NCBI RefSeq assembly: GCF_964194155.1
Contig: NC_135881.1
Location: 204,104,001 to 204,168,000, forward strand
Length of the DNA stretch: 64,000 nt
Direction: 5' to 3'
DNA from: Cetorhinus maximus
Taxonomy: Eukaryota
Shown here: positions 1 to 12,693 of the stretch, piece by piece
Numbering within the stretch: the first letter of the stretch is position 1
Layout: the number at the start of each line of letters is the position of its first letter
Made by a program: the position numbers and the translations under genes
Notes under the pieces: generated by a model
What the model was told of the DNA's origin: nothing
Seen by the model: the letters and a program-made list of their open reading frames with translations, nothing else
Database searches by the model: none

Positions 1-449
1 CAGGGGCAATTAGGGGAAGATGTGTTTATTGGTGGCGTGGCGTTGGAGGTGTTTAGAAATCTCCCACTCAGTCTCTCTCTGTTGTCCTGGCCTCTGACTA
101 ACCTGATGCCAAGGAAATCTGGTGTGCACGGGCCCTCGACGCTGGCCTTTGAATCAGGATGTAATTTAGGAGGGCGATTTCATCGATCATTCAGGCCATT
201 TTCAGCGTGTTTTTGTAGGGGGTTTTTTTGTGCTGGTGCCTGTGCTTTCATGAGCTTTTGTGTCAATTGTCCTCACTTTTTTTTTACATGAATGCTTCTA
301 GCATTATGCAGATGTAACTATGGATAAGGTAATTCTAACATTTTTGCTTTTTATCAGAAAAGACACACGTACAAATTGGTGAAAGGTAAACTTTCCGGCA
401 CCAGAAAATGCTTCAAGTAAAAAGAAGTCAACTCTTTGAAAAGTATAAA

Positions 450-875
450 GGCTTCGGAAAGGGCACAGACGAGGTACCCAGGGATGGGGAGAGTTGGAAA
501 AGTTCAGGCTGTTCTCTTTGGAACAGAGAAGGTTGAGACGTGACCTCCTAGAAGCTTTCAGGATGGTGAACGGTTTTGCTAGAGTAAAACTATTCTCTCT
601 GGGGAGTGGGTCAGTAACCAGAGGTCATAAGATTAAAATTATAGGCCAGAAAACCAGAGGGGAGATGAAGGGAAATGTTCTCACTCAGAGAGTCACCAGG
701 ATCAGGAACGCTTGACCTGAAAAGGTGGTGGACCTGATTCCACTGACAATTTTCAAATGGAGTTAGATGAGAATTTGAGGATGAAGGACTTACAAAAAGC
801 TGGAGTGTGGGACTAAAGTATGACTGCTCTTTCAAAGAGCCAGTACAGGCAACGTGGGCTGAATGGCCTCCTCTA
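450..875 (+). mobile_element. CR1-clade LINE 3' fragment
   Basis: Decayed ORF2 C-terminus LFSLEQRRLRRDLLEAFRM...TRGH..KI, followed by the recurring 3' tail gggctgaatggcctcctc. Confidence 0.85.
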
Positions 876-1140
876 TGAATCTTTTAATGATTTTACGGAA
901 CAAGTCTCCAAGGAAGAGCAGTGTAGGTGAAATGCCTGAAATGTGAGGATGCTAGAATGTTTGAGGATGAAGCGATTAAGATGGGCTGAATGGCCACCTT
1001 CATTGTCGATTGATTATCTTGTGAGTTGGGTTTCCAAATGAGAATCAAAGTGAACTACGGAATTTTGCAGCACAGGTGAAGGCCATTCAGCCTACAGCAA
1101 GCACCATTCTAACTTAATTATTTGGTAGCACAGAACTCAA

Positions 1141-2460
1141 GTATTGCTGAAAAAAAATGTCGAAGTTTTTTGTCTTGCACTCATCAGGACACTTCACAAG
1201 AATACCAAATAGAAAGGGAAAACAAAAATTTATACCTAATGTGAAGAGAGTGCTGATTGGTTCGTACATGGACTCTGGCAGAGGCGTTGCCATGGAGAAT
1301 GCACCATTGAGGGTGACTGACAGTTAACTGCCAAGCATTGTTTGAAATTTAAATCCGGCAGCTTGACCCTGATTGGTCAAGGCATTACCCTGAGGAATGA
1401 GTTAGCGAATGGCTGTGACTTATTTTGTTTAACTGAAACAGGCGTGTTCTTTCTGCCCACAAAGATCAGGGCCCTGTGTATGAATATATACAGCTCCCAC
1501 TACACGCAAATGCACCACACTGCGAGCCCAACGGACAATCTTAAATTGGTTGTCAGTGTAATTTTTAGCACACTGAGGATTATTTAGCAAATGTTGTCCA
1601 ATCGCAGAATCACATCTAATGTTGGACACCGTGTTTTGAGTTTTGCAAGCACGGGCTGGTTGTCTACAGTCTGTACCTTGCCCGTTGCGAACAGCAGCTG
1701 GACATGCTGTTTGATATGATCCACCAGTCTTTGGCACATGCAGCCTACATATCTAGCATCACACTGGCACTGAAATTCATATACCACATTACTCCTTTGT
1801 GTGATGGGCAGAATGTCTCTTTGGCTTGACGGCAGCATCCTGTTAGTGGTGAACACCACTCGTGTTGCTACTGCATAGTAGCAGCGTGAAACAGCTAGCT
1901 TCACCTGTTGCTCAAATTCTTGAGATACCTTGCCCTTCCAGGGTAATCTGAGGTAGACTGGACACTTTTCATGGTCGAAATTGACGACCTTAGGCCCCTT
2001 CATGAGTTTGTGCAATATACAGTATGAAATGATCTGATCAGGGTAGCCATTATCCCACAGGATGCCTTTGCTGCTCCCTATTTCAGCATTTCTGCATGGT
2101 GAGAAAATGGCTTGGGCCCTACTTACGAGATTACCAATAAGACCAATCTTATAGCGTGTGGAACTGTAAGAATCCCACTGCATATATTGACCAGTGAAGG
2201 CAGGCTTGCGGTAGACTTTGGTAGAGAACCTCCTGGCAGATTTCCCAACTAGTATGTCAAGGAAGGGGAGTTAATTTGACTGCTCCATTTCATAGGTGAA
2301 TTTGAGCGCAGCATGGAGTCCATTAAAACATGTAAGGAAATTATTACATGCAGCTGCAGATTTAAACAAAGTAAATGCATCATCAACATATTGGAAATAT
2401 GCGAGGGGTAGGAAGTTATGTGTCATTCTGTCGAAGACATGTTTCACATGGAACCCAACC
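1141..2460 (-). mobile_element. Penelope-like retroelement, family A (RT + GIY-YIG, decayed, 5' truncated)
   Basis: Minus strand reads YFQYVDDAF...LPFLD...VYRKP (RT/thumb), then VVYEFQCQCDARYVG...RL..HIKQH (GIY-YIG, ORF 1584..2183); pLTR with hammerhead-like motif at 1158-1191. Confidence 0.9.
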
Positions 2461-2461
2461 C

Positions 2462-2668
2462 AAACTGTGGCTACAAGAGCAGGTCAGAGGCTAGGAATCC
2501 CTCAGCGAGTAACTCACCTCCTGACTCCCCAAAGCCTGTCCACCATCTACAGGGCACAAGTCAGGAGTGTGATGGAATACCCCCCACTTGCCTGGATGAG
2601 TGCAGCTCCCACAACACTCAAGAAGCTTAACACCATCCAGGACAAAGCAGCCCGCTTGATTGGCACCA
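2462..2668 (+). mobile_element. CR1/L2-group LINE ORF2 fragment (family also at 45615-46930 and 50626-51480)
   Basis: RAGQRLGI..RVTHLLTPQSLSTIY.AQVRSVMEY; near-identical DNA in the other copies in this window. Confidence 0.85.
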
Positions 2669-3009
2669 GATTAAAACAGCTGAAGACACCTTATAACCTA
2701 CCTGCCCTATCCTAATGTCTCCCTACATAGTTTGGATTCAAATCTTGTCTGATAATGCCCCTGTGAAGCACCTTGGGATGTTTTATTACAATAAAGGTGC
2801 TATATAAATGCAAGTTGTTGTTGTGAGAAACTGGAAGAAACCCTGGGAAAATGCACCCTCTTTGTTTTGGTTCAACATTCCTGTCCATCTGTAGCAATGC
2901 ACCCTTGTAGCCACATTTCGCAACATATTTGATGCATTTTGCATTCATATACCTTTCATTTGAGTTCCTTCGTGCCAAAGTTCTGCAATGATAAGAGAAC
3001 CTACTAGAA

Positions 3010-3470
3010 TCATGGCATCTAGAATGGCAGCAGCGCAGAAGGAGGCTATTCGGCCCATTGTGTCTGTGCTGGCTCTCTGCAAGAGCCAGTCCCACTGATC
3101 CGTGTAGCCCTGCAAATTTCTTTTCCTTCTGGCGTTTATCCACTAAATCTGCCTCCACCACACTCCCAGGCAGTGCATCCCAGATCCTAACCACTCGCTG
3201 TGTGACAAGTTTTTCCTCACCTGGCCTCTGGTTCTTCTGCCGACCATCTCAAACCAGTGTCCTCTGGTCCCCGGTCCTTCTACCAATGGGAACAGTTTCT
3301 CTCTATCTCCTCTGCCTGGACCTCTCGTGATCTTGAACACCTCCACTAAATCTTGTCTCGACTGCTTCTCCTCCAAGGAAACAACCCCAGCTTCCCAACT
3401 ATCCATGTAAGAGAAGCCCCTCAACCCTGGAATCACTCTCCAAGCTTTTTTTCATTCTGTCCAAAGCCTT
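3010..3470 (-). mobile_element. CR1 LINE 3' fragment
   Basis: ORF 3143..3436 (DLVEVFKI...EKLFPL...TRGH) plus CR1 3' tail. Confidence 0.85.
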
Positions 3471-3963
3471 CGTGTTCTCCTTTAAAACGTAGCGTCCAGA
3501 AGGGAACAGAATGTGCTATTTTACCCCAATTTTCAATATTTTTCATTTTTAAGATTATTGGCTTTGTCTTGCTGCCATTATTATCCAAATTGTCGTGTGT
3601 GACAACTAACAATGTGTACAAAAATAGCCAATTAACTTATCCTCCTCTGCCTCACTACTTATTGCCCTCAACTAAGAAAGGTTCTCAAACTAATATTTTT
3701 TTTTTGATTCATTGGGCCTTTTTTCCTATTTAGACTCTTCACACATCTCTGTACTGACTCGATGAACACTCCGTGCAGACCCTGTGCACGCAGTAGAAAC
3801 TCCTCCTCTTACAGGTGTTCACTCCGCAGTGCCATCTGCTCCGTGTGGTGACGCACCGGGTGTTAGTCTTCCGGCTGTAGAAGATGGAACGGCAAAAAGC
3901 TTCTAATATTAAGTAAAAGTATCAAAATGAATATAAACAAATCAAGCAGCTACACGATTTGCT

Positions 3964-4142
3964 AAACAAAAACAGAATTACCTGGAAAAACTCAGCGGGT
4001 CTGGCAGCATCGGCGGAGAAGAAAAGAGTTGACGTTTCGAGTCCTCATGACCCTTCAGAAGATGCTGCCAGACCTGCTGAGTTTTTCCAGGTAATTCTGT
4101 TTTTGTTTTGGATTTCCAGCATCCGCAATGGTTTTTTGTTTT
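3964..4142. mobile_element. Short fold-back insertion derived from PLE family B pLTR, 13-bp TSD
   Basis: Flanked by tacacgatttgct (3951-3963) and tacatgatttgct (4143-4155); ~47-bp inverted arms around a truncated hammerhead motif. Confidence 0.8.
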
Positions 4143-5569
4143 TACATGATTTGCTTGCGATTTTTAACTGCTCGTTGGATTTTGTAGGCATTTCGTCGCC
4201 CTTTATTCTCATTCGTTCCTGGGACGTGAGCGCTCTTGGCAAGGTCAGCACTTGCTGCCCATCTATAATTGCCCTTGAAAGGGGCTGCATTTAACTTGTC
4301 CCTTGTTTTGTTAATTTAGTTTAATTGTTTGACTCCAAAAGAGGTGTAATTGCCCTTGAGAAGGTGGTGGTGAGTTCCCTACTTGAAGCGCTTCAGTCCC
4401 ACGTGGTGTAGGTACACCCTCCGTGCTGTTAGGGAGGGAGTTCCCGGATTTTGGTACGATGATACAGTTCCAGGTCAGGGTGGTCTGTGGTTTGGAGGGA
4501 GTCTTGCAGCTGGCGGTGTTTTTGTGCGTCTGCTGGCCCTCGTCCTTCTAGATGGTAGAGGGTCATGGTTGGGAAGGTGCTGCTGGAGGATCCACTGCAC
4601 GCCGCTGGCGGAGGGCGTGAATAGAGTAGAGACAATGCGTATATCATTTTAAACCCTGTTAACCATGTCAGCCAGCGGAACAAAACTGCAAATCTCTGAA
4701 GTAAATGATTCTTAATTGCTAAGATTCTGCTGTGGCCTAAGAAACGGGTAGAAAATTAATTTACAGACAGAAAAAAAAAACAAATTTGAGGAAGTTAAAG
4801 GGTTGGAACATACATTAACGTACGGGGAGCGGCAAGCTTTCTTTGTAATCCACTTTCAAAAGAACCTGTATTCGATCCAGCCTTTCAGTTCACAACATCA
4901 CCCAATGGTGGCAGTAGCGTTACAGGAAGCTCAAAGAAACGTTTTTATATTGGGGTGAACGGTGATGATTTCCAGACAGCAACCCAGCGTTAAAGGTGAA
5001 TTTGACAGAACACTGTATAGGCTTCATCGGGGGAATTTATGATACTTTATGAACTCCCGCCCCACCCCCACCCCCTTCAAACTTCACCCCTCCCCGACTT
5101 CTTGTATTATTTTCTTGAACTCTATTTCCCTTCACCAGCATCCACCACGAATAATGTTGTTCGCATAATTCCTATTACGAACAAGTAGTTTGTTCCAATT
5201 TTTTTAGTAGTTGGCGCTCTCTAATGAATCAATTCCACTACTACCTGAATTTCAGTAAAACTAGCAAAGTTCTTCGACTGTGTGTAGTTTACACTGAGCT
5301 GCTTTATCATGTTTAATGAAAGTCACAGAGAATCGCAGAGTTGTTATGGCGTGGGAGGAGGCCATTTGGCCCATCGTGTCTACACTGGCTCTCCAATTGA
5401 GCATCATGACTTCGTGCCATTCTCCTGCCTTTTCCCTGTATCCTTGCACATTGTTTCTGTTCAAATAATCATCTAGCGCCCTCTTTTTTTTTGGAAGCAG
5501 TAAGCTCTTGGTTTGAAACCTTTATTCCATTTACCCTGAACGTTGCATGACTAATGTTACCACCACTTG

Positions 5570-5955
5570 TGTGTATATAAATAGCACCATGAACCTAGCA
5601 AAATATCCCAGGCACATTATACAGCAGAGTTAGGCACCGAGGTACAAGGCGTTATTTGGATATCTGACCAAAAGCAAGGTCAGAGAGGTAGGTTTAAGGA
5701 GCGTCTTAATAAAGGAGCGAGAGGTAGAGAGTTGGAGAGGTTTAGGAGTGGATTTCAGAGTTTAGTTGGGGCCCAAGCAACTGATGGAGCAATTAAAATT
5801 GGGGATGCTCAAGAAGCCGGAATTAGAGAAGAGCAGATATCTCGGACCATTATGGGACTTGCAGGAGGTTATATAGTTGGAGGGTGGGGGTGGGCGAGGC
5901 CCCATGGAGGGATTTGAAAAGAGGCGTGAGAATTGCAAAATCGCGGCATTGCAGG
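5570..5955 (-). mobile_element. L2 LINE 3' fragment
   Basis: Similar to the L2-type 3' ends at 21780-22250 (-), 2712-2825 (+) and 42805-43185 (+). Confidence 0.7.
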
Positions 5956-6214
5956 ACTTTAAGACATATTGCGTTACCTGTGAGGTTTCCATTACAAATA
6001 TCCTCATGACTCTGATGGACAACCGCTGATTTTTATATGACTTTCTCATCAAAGTGTTGGAGTTATCAGTAGTACCATATTCATATTCCTGAGTTTTTAA
6101 GCTTCCAGCTACACACTTAATCTCACGTCAAATTGCGAATCTGTGTTGGAGAAAAGAAGAAGCAGAATAAAGTGAGAGTCTACAGGAAGGTTCAAAAGGA
6201 AAAAAAGAATCCTC

Positions 6215-6805
6215 GGCTTTATAAATCGGGGCATAGAGTACAAAAACAAGGGAGTTGTGATAAATCTGGATAAAACACTGATTCAGCCTCATCTGGAGTA
6301 TCGTGTCCAATTCTGGGTGCTGCACTTCAGGAAGGATGTGAAGGCATTAAACAGGCTGAGGAAAGATCCATGAGAATGGTTCCAGGGATGAGGAGTCTCA
6401 GTGATGAAGATAGTTTGAAGAAGCTGGGGCTGTTTCTCCTTGAATGAGAGAAGATTTGATAATGGTGTTCAAAATCGTGAGCGGCCTGGACAGAGTAGGT
6501 TGGGAGAAACTGTTCCCATTGGGGGAAGGATCGAGAACCCGAGAGCACAGATTCAAGGCGATTGACAAAAGAATCAAAGGTAACATGAGGAAAATCTTTT
6601 TTTTATGCAGTGAGTGGTAAGGATGTGGAATGCACTGAGAGTCTGGTGGAGGCAGACCCTATCAAGGCTTTGTAAAGAGAATGAGATAATTATCTGAAGA
6701 GATAAAACTTGCGGGGCTATGGGGAGTGGGACTAGCTGCTTGCAGAGAGCTGGCACGGATGTAATGGGCCAAATGGCCACCTCCTGTGCTGTAACCATTC
6801 TAGGA
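6215..6805 (+). mobile_element. CR1 LINE 3' fragment
   Basis: gggcatagagtacaaaa...ctggagtatcgtgtccaattctgg (GIEYK...LEY.VQFW) to the 3' tail. Confidence 0.85.
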
Positions 6806-6948
6806 TGCTATGAAAATGGGGTAAAGAGAATAAACTGAAAGGCACTTTTCTTCAGAATTAGCAAGATGTGTAAATTGGCAACCTGATGGGGGTGTGTGGA
6901 CATCATTTTAAATTGTTTGGTATTGCATATCAGAGAATGCTGCGTTTA

Positions 6949-6999
6949 CAATTTGAGGGTAGACTCAATTTGAGGGTAGACTCAATTTGAGGGTAGATT
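6949..6999 (+). repeat. 17-bp tandem repeat x3 (caatttgagggtagact)
   Basis: Directly visible. Confidence 0.95.
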
Positions 7000-8699
7000 C
7001 TGATATGTGAAATACCTTGCGTAAGTAGTATTCCAAGCTGCACAAGTCTAGTGTTTGAAAGGACCTGGAATTCCCATTGTGTGCAACCTACACAACCCAG
7101 CTCACACACACACAAGAGGCAGCTTTTTATCTGTTTTTGATACAACCGTGCTCATCTCACTGGCTCCCTCACAGTGCACAGATTGCAGCCAGATCTTGCT
7201 GGCTTCTCCCTGCTCCCTCTGCCCCACAACAAGCTGCCACTAATCATTGCAAACCCAGCTGCTCGTTCCCTGCTACCCTTCCCTCTGCTGTTGCTAATCA
7301 AAGGCTCAACTTGCTGCTCTACCCAGCTGTCTGACTACCCTGACCAACATTGCTAAGTTGTGCTGTCGAGTTTTTTTTGCTTGCCAATGATGCATACCTT
7401 GCAATCTTTGATTTTGAGACCCCAGTGGTTCCATGTCTAGTTTGTCAGTGCATTCCTCGGTAATCTGGCACTCGAGCCGATTTGTGCACAAGTTATCTCC
7501 GTCTGCTAGTTGATGAGCTCCTATCAGTGCTGTTGCTGCAGATATACCTTGTTCTTCTATTGGAACTGCTATAAAAATGTGCGGTGTAAATAAATAAACT
7601 CCCGTGAGTAAACACGGTACCTGGTAAAGGAGCCAATGCCTCATTAGCTGATGGTACACAGACTAGGGGGGGACACAGACTTAAGGTTTCGGGCAAGAGA
7701 TGGCTGGGGGGAGGAGGGTGGGGGAGAGTGAGGAAGAACTTTTTTTCCCCACAGCGAATGGTAACTTGGAACTCGCTGCCTGTGATGGAAGCGGAGCCAA
7801 TGAATGGTTTCAAAAGGAAACTGGATGGGCACTTGAGGGAAATAAACTTGCAGGGCTATAGGGATAGAGCGGGGCAAATGAGACCGACTAGGTTGCTCTA
7901 TAGAGATTCAGCATGGACTCAATGGGCCGAATGGCCTCCCCCTGTGTCGTAATGACTGTAATAATATTGTAGAATATCACTTCTGAATGTTGGGAAATAA
8001 AATTTGAGGATTTAAAGTGAGCAGCTTAGTTTTTGACCGAACACTGACCTACCATCAATGCTAATTAAATGAGTGAGTTAGTTTTGCTGCCTTACCAGTG
8101 GGCGCTCCACACAAACTTCTCACTATAACCACCCTGCCGAAGGATATTTTTTGCCAAACTTGTGAAGGTGGGACTTGAGGAGAGGGGGGCTGGATATTAC
8201 TAATTGTACAACTTATCCATTTTATTACCCTATCCTATAGCCGATGTGTGCAGCTGCCCACTAACTGTTTAACCTGCAATGACCTGACTTGTTCAGATTA
8301 TCAAAGGGCCACTTAAAATGTTAAATGTGCCTTTCTAACTCCCGGCACTGTCAGCAAACTGTAAACAGAGCATTGGTCCCCATGACCACGATCATCTTTC
8401 TTGCAAAATGCAAGCAACTAAAGGGTACTTTTTTTTTTCAGCCAGATTGATCGAGCGCTAGCCACAGATTCTGGAAGATGTAAGCAGACTCACTCCTTGG
8501 GACCATAAGAAACATTATTCCTAGACACAGTGAGGCTGGAGTTAATTTGCCCACATCCCCTACAACAACTCTTAATTTAAGGAAGTAAGGTTCTGGACGA
8601 TGCCAGTATCCTTGTGCATCCGAACTACCGCAATGCATTTTACTTGTAATAGAATGAGTTGGAGAACACTGTTCAGTTTATTCAGTCATCTTGCAAAAC

Positions 8700-10120
8700 C
8701 ATAAGAACACAAGAAATAGGAACTGGAGTAGGCCATTCGGCCCCTCGAGCCTGCTCCCTCATTCAGTAAGATCATGGCTGCTCCACCTCAATTCCACTTT
8801 CCCGCACTATCCTCCTATCACTTTATTCCCTCAGTGCTCAAAGATCTATTAACCTCAGGCTTGAATATGCTCAATAACTGAGCATCCGCAGCTCTCTGAG
8901 GTAGAGAATTCCAGACTCTCAACCCACTGAGTGAAGAAATTGCTCTTCATCTCAGTCCTAAATGGTTGACCCCTTATCCTAAGACTGTGACTCCCTCGTT
9001 CTAGACTGGATGAACAAGGTGAAACAGCCTCTCGGCATTGAGTTTGTCAAGCTTGCTTAAGAATTTTAAACATTTTAATGGGATCCCCTCTGATTCTTCT
9101 AAACTCCAGAGAGAATAGGCCCTTTCTATACTCGATCTTTCTTAATTGGATAGTCCTCTCATCCCAGGAATCAATCCAATGAACCTTCATTGCGCCTTCT
9201 CTAAGGCAGGTATAACCTTCCCCAGTACGGAAATCAAAACTGTACGCAGTACTCTAGATGCGGGGTGGAATTTAATGCCCTCCCCGTGGTGAATTTGGTG
9301 GTGGCGGGGGTGGGGGGGGCATTTAATCAGTTGGGCTGGTGGCAGGTAAGGACCCTGCCACCTTCATATCTCTGCCCCGATTAAGTCCCTGGCAGTAAGG
9401 CCTGTGGATGGCCTTCACATCCCACTGCCAATTGAGGCCCTTAAGCAGACAATTAATGCCCACTCAAGGCCCTCATCCTGTCGCCACTGACATTGACCCA
9501 GCAATAGGTAAGGGCCTTGCCATGAAGGAAGTCGGAAAAGCAAACCAGTGTGGGCCTGCTGGTCAGCTCCCAGTGGAGACCCCTTATTCAAAGGCAATCA
9601 GTGCCTGATTGAGGGATCCAGCTTTGGGAGGCGGGGTGAGGGGTGCGCTGAGAGCTACTCCCCTTGCCCGTGCTATCGATTCCTCCATCCCCCACGACCC
9701 CTATCCCATGACCCCTTTCTCCCCACCTGGTTCACCTGTGCCTGGGCCCTCCCTCGATTTGAGGTCTCAGGTAGGTGTAGTACCGGCCGCAGCCACCGCC
9801 TCCCCGATGGCACTGCTGAGTGCCGAAACGCTGCCTGCCTCTGATTGGCTGGCAACTCTCGCAGACGAATATCCACCATCCCTCCCCCCCACCCCACCCC
9901 CAACCAGGTCCTTGACCCTTGGGGGAAGGCCTGCCGCTAACCTGTTAAGTGCCTGGGTGGTGCAAGGTGTAGGGGGCCTCCCCAGAATAAAAGAGGCAAT
10001 GCAGGGGCTCTTGCTGGCTCTCCAGCTGATGGCCAAGACCCCCATCACTTCCACAAGATTCCACCCATGGCCTCACCAAAACCCTATATAATTACAGCAA
10101 AACTTACTTATTCTTATATA
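8700..10120 (-). mobile_element. CR1 LINE 3' fragment interrupted by a MITE at 9263-10066
   Basis: CR1 sequence gtactctagatg...tggcctcaccaa resumes on the far side of the insertion. Confidence 0.8.
9263..10066. mobile_element. GC-rich non-autonomous DNA transposon (PIF/Harbinger-like MITE)
   Basis: Termini GGGTGGAATT...GATTCCACCC; imperfect 3-bp target duplication; splits a CR1 fragment. Confidence 0.65.
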
Positions 10121-10756
10121 GCAACACCGCCCCTCCCTCCCCCCGCCAACCCACCATGCAATAAAGACTAACTTTGTGATGCATAAGTGCCAGTATGAAC
10201 TGGATGGGCAGAATAGCCTGCTTCTGTCGTATACCCTATGTGTTCACTCTTAAGTGCAGGGGTGTGCAATATATTTAAAAGTTGGGCTGATTCTTTAGGT
10301 TTCGATATGGAATTGTTTAGCACAATGAAACACGAGTGGATTTAGGTGTTGGCTTGTTTGCGTGTTGCTACTTGCCTAATATATACACGGGCCTGAGCAC
10401 TGAAATAAGATCAAATTCATGTATCCACAGAGTGCTCTCTAATTACCGCTGGATATGTCCTACGAAGTAAACTCATGTTAAATTCCCTGTAGGTTTTTTC
10501 TTCCATGGTTGCCTTTAATGACTGGCAAATTCTTTCTCCTCCAGATCCGGTTTAATTCTAGCTGCATAATATTACTGTGAATGCATTCCTGCTAGGTCCA
10601 CTCTGCTATCACGGAAGTGGCTACATGTGTCTCAGTGATGCTCTGTGGAACTTGCTAGCAGGTTGACTGAGAACACTGTTGTATGTGGAAAGGATAACTT
10701 GAAGTTGGAGGAGTTAAGTTAGAGCTTTAGAAATGACATGAAACTTTGCTGTGAAA

Positions 10757-11114
10757 GGCATAACACGTAATGTACAAACAAGGGAGGAAATTCCGAAAGG
10801 CTATTCCTTGTTGACATAACAGCTACTGACAAATTTTAAATAAAATTACTCAGCCGGCAACTGAGGTCGATGCCTGCCTTTTAGTTTAGAGTTGCTCATT
10901 TTTAACCTTGCTTGAAGCTGAGCACTCTCATTGTTTTACTGGAAGAAAAGCGTGCTTGTCCGAAGTGCGTAAGTGTTGAACTTTGTTTTTAAGTGCGAGT
11001 TTCAGTGTTTTTATTTAAATTTCCCTGAACGTTTCTGAGAGTTTATTTCGCTTTGTGAAGGTGAAGGATTTCACTGGTGGTATCAAAGCACTTGTCCATA
11101 TCGAGTACTCAGTG
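10757..11114 (+). repeat. Long inverted repeat, left arm (~358 bp)
   Basis: Reverse complement of 13257-13614; manual alignment gives ~17 substitutions and ~4 single-base indels. Confidence 0.97.
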
Positions 11115-12110
11115 TTTCCGTTAAGTAGTTTCTAGGTCAGAGAATCGTATGCAGAGAAATCTATTCTGTAGTTTCGCTTCATTAACACAGCAGCAGGAGA
11201 TCTCCTATGGAGCCTTTGATTTATGTCAGTGGAGCTTTTCTGTTGAGTATTTTGTACAAGTCATTCTGTAAGTAATTTTAAAAAGTGCACTCCTGATATG
11301 TATCCATTTCCTCTGCCGAGTGCTTGCAATGAAATTATTGCTGGGCTGTTGCAAATTGTTTTCTTCCCCCACCCCACAGGGTTTGGATATGCTTCAATTT
11401 GATGTCTTTACTAGTTTACAGACATGCTATTGGCGAAGGGCGTAAGCAAATGGAGTTTCAACCCCCCTGATAGCAGTGCTTGTATTCTGTGTTATGCAAT
11501 GAAATCTAAATTACTCATTTATAATAGCTCCATGTCTGCAAGATATTTAATAACTTACTGTATAAATATTGAAAATTAAATTCAGTAATATTAAAGGAGC
11601 AGTCTTGATGTTTAAAAATTCAACCCTAGAAGTGAAAATGGGCTGTGCAATTGTTGCAGGATAAGTATATGTTATTCCTGTGTCAATCCTATAATATTTC
11701 AAGGATATGTTTCCATTACCCACAGGCTGTGATTATCCACAAGAATATCTTTATGGCCAATTTATAATACCTTAACTTTATGGAGAGTGGCAGATGGGAG
11801 GCTGTCGAGCAGTATATCGGAATGGTCAGGTCTAGATGACACAAAGACATGGCTGAGCGTTTCAGCAGTCATTGAGCTGAGGCAGGGGCAGAGCCAGGCA
11901 AACGTTCCTTTTCCCCTCGTGCTTAGCTTCCCCTTATATCCTTCTATTCTGTTTGCCCCAACTACTCTCTGTGTGGCAGTGAGTTCCACATCCCCAGCAT
12001 TGTCCAGATAAGATAAAAAGCAAAATACTGCGGATGCTGGAAATCTGAAACAAAAACAAAAATAGCTGGAAAAACTCAGCAGGTTTGACAGCATCTGCGG
12101 AGAGGAACAC

Positions 12111-12149
12111 AGTTAACGTTTCGAGTCCGTATGACTTTTCATCAGAACT
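12111..12149 (-). ncRNA. Minimal type I hammerhead ribozyme motif (PLE pLTR), antisense to DROSHA
   Basis: agtt CUGAUGA a aaguc auacg gacuc GAAA cg UU aacu: intact core, stem I agtt/aact, stem II, palindromic stem III AACGUU. Confidence 0.7.
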
Positions 12150-12693
12150 AAGGGAATAGAGAAATGGGGTGAAATATAAGCTGGTTGAGGGGGGGTGGGA
12201 CAGGTAGAGCTGGATAGAGGGCCAGTGATAGGTGGAGGCAAAGAAGAGATTACCAAAGATGTCATAAACAAAAGGACAAAGGGGTGTTGATGGTGGTGAT
12301 ATTAGCTGAGGAATGTGCTAATTAAGGGTAGAAAGTAGGACGAGCATGTGACAGGTGGGGGGAAGGGATAGGCTAAAAGGTGGAGATCAAACAATGGATG
12401 GAAATAAATTTAAAAATAATGGAAACAGGTGTGGGAAAAGAAAAATACATTTAAAAAAATTATAAATTATTGGAAAAAGGGGGATCGGAAAGGGGTGGGG
12501 ATGGAGGAGAGAGTTCATGATCTGAAATTGTTGCACTCAATATTCAGTCCGGAAGACTGTAAAGTGCCTAGTTGGAAGATGAGTTGCTGTTCCTCCAGTT
12601 TGTGTTGAGCTTCACTGGAACAATGCAGCAGGCCAAGGACGGACATGTGGGCATGAGAGCAGGGTGGAGTGTTGAAATGGCAAGCGACAGGGA

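Noticed and set aside
1584-2183. GIY-YIG ORFs (also 52055..52384, 58779..59033) as domesticated nuclease genes
   Set aside because: Truncated and frameshifted multi-copy PLE fragments with no splice or promoter context.
3734-3905. Acceptor-like ttttcctatttag followed by CpG-containing sequence as a possible exon
   Set aside because: Stops in all three frames within ~120 nt, no Drosha similarity and no convincing donor.
6949-6999. 17-bp repeats as a CRISPR-like array
   Set aside because: Head-to-tail with no spacers, in eukaryotic DNA; a simple minisatellite.
9408-10091. Overlapping Pro-rich ORFs
   Set aside because: Lie inside a GC-rich MITE; no transposase motifs.
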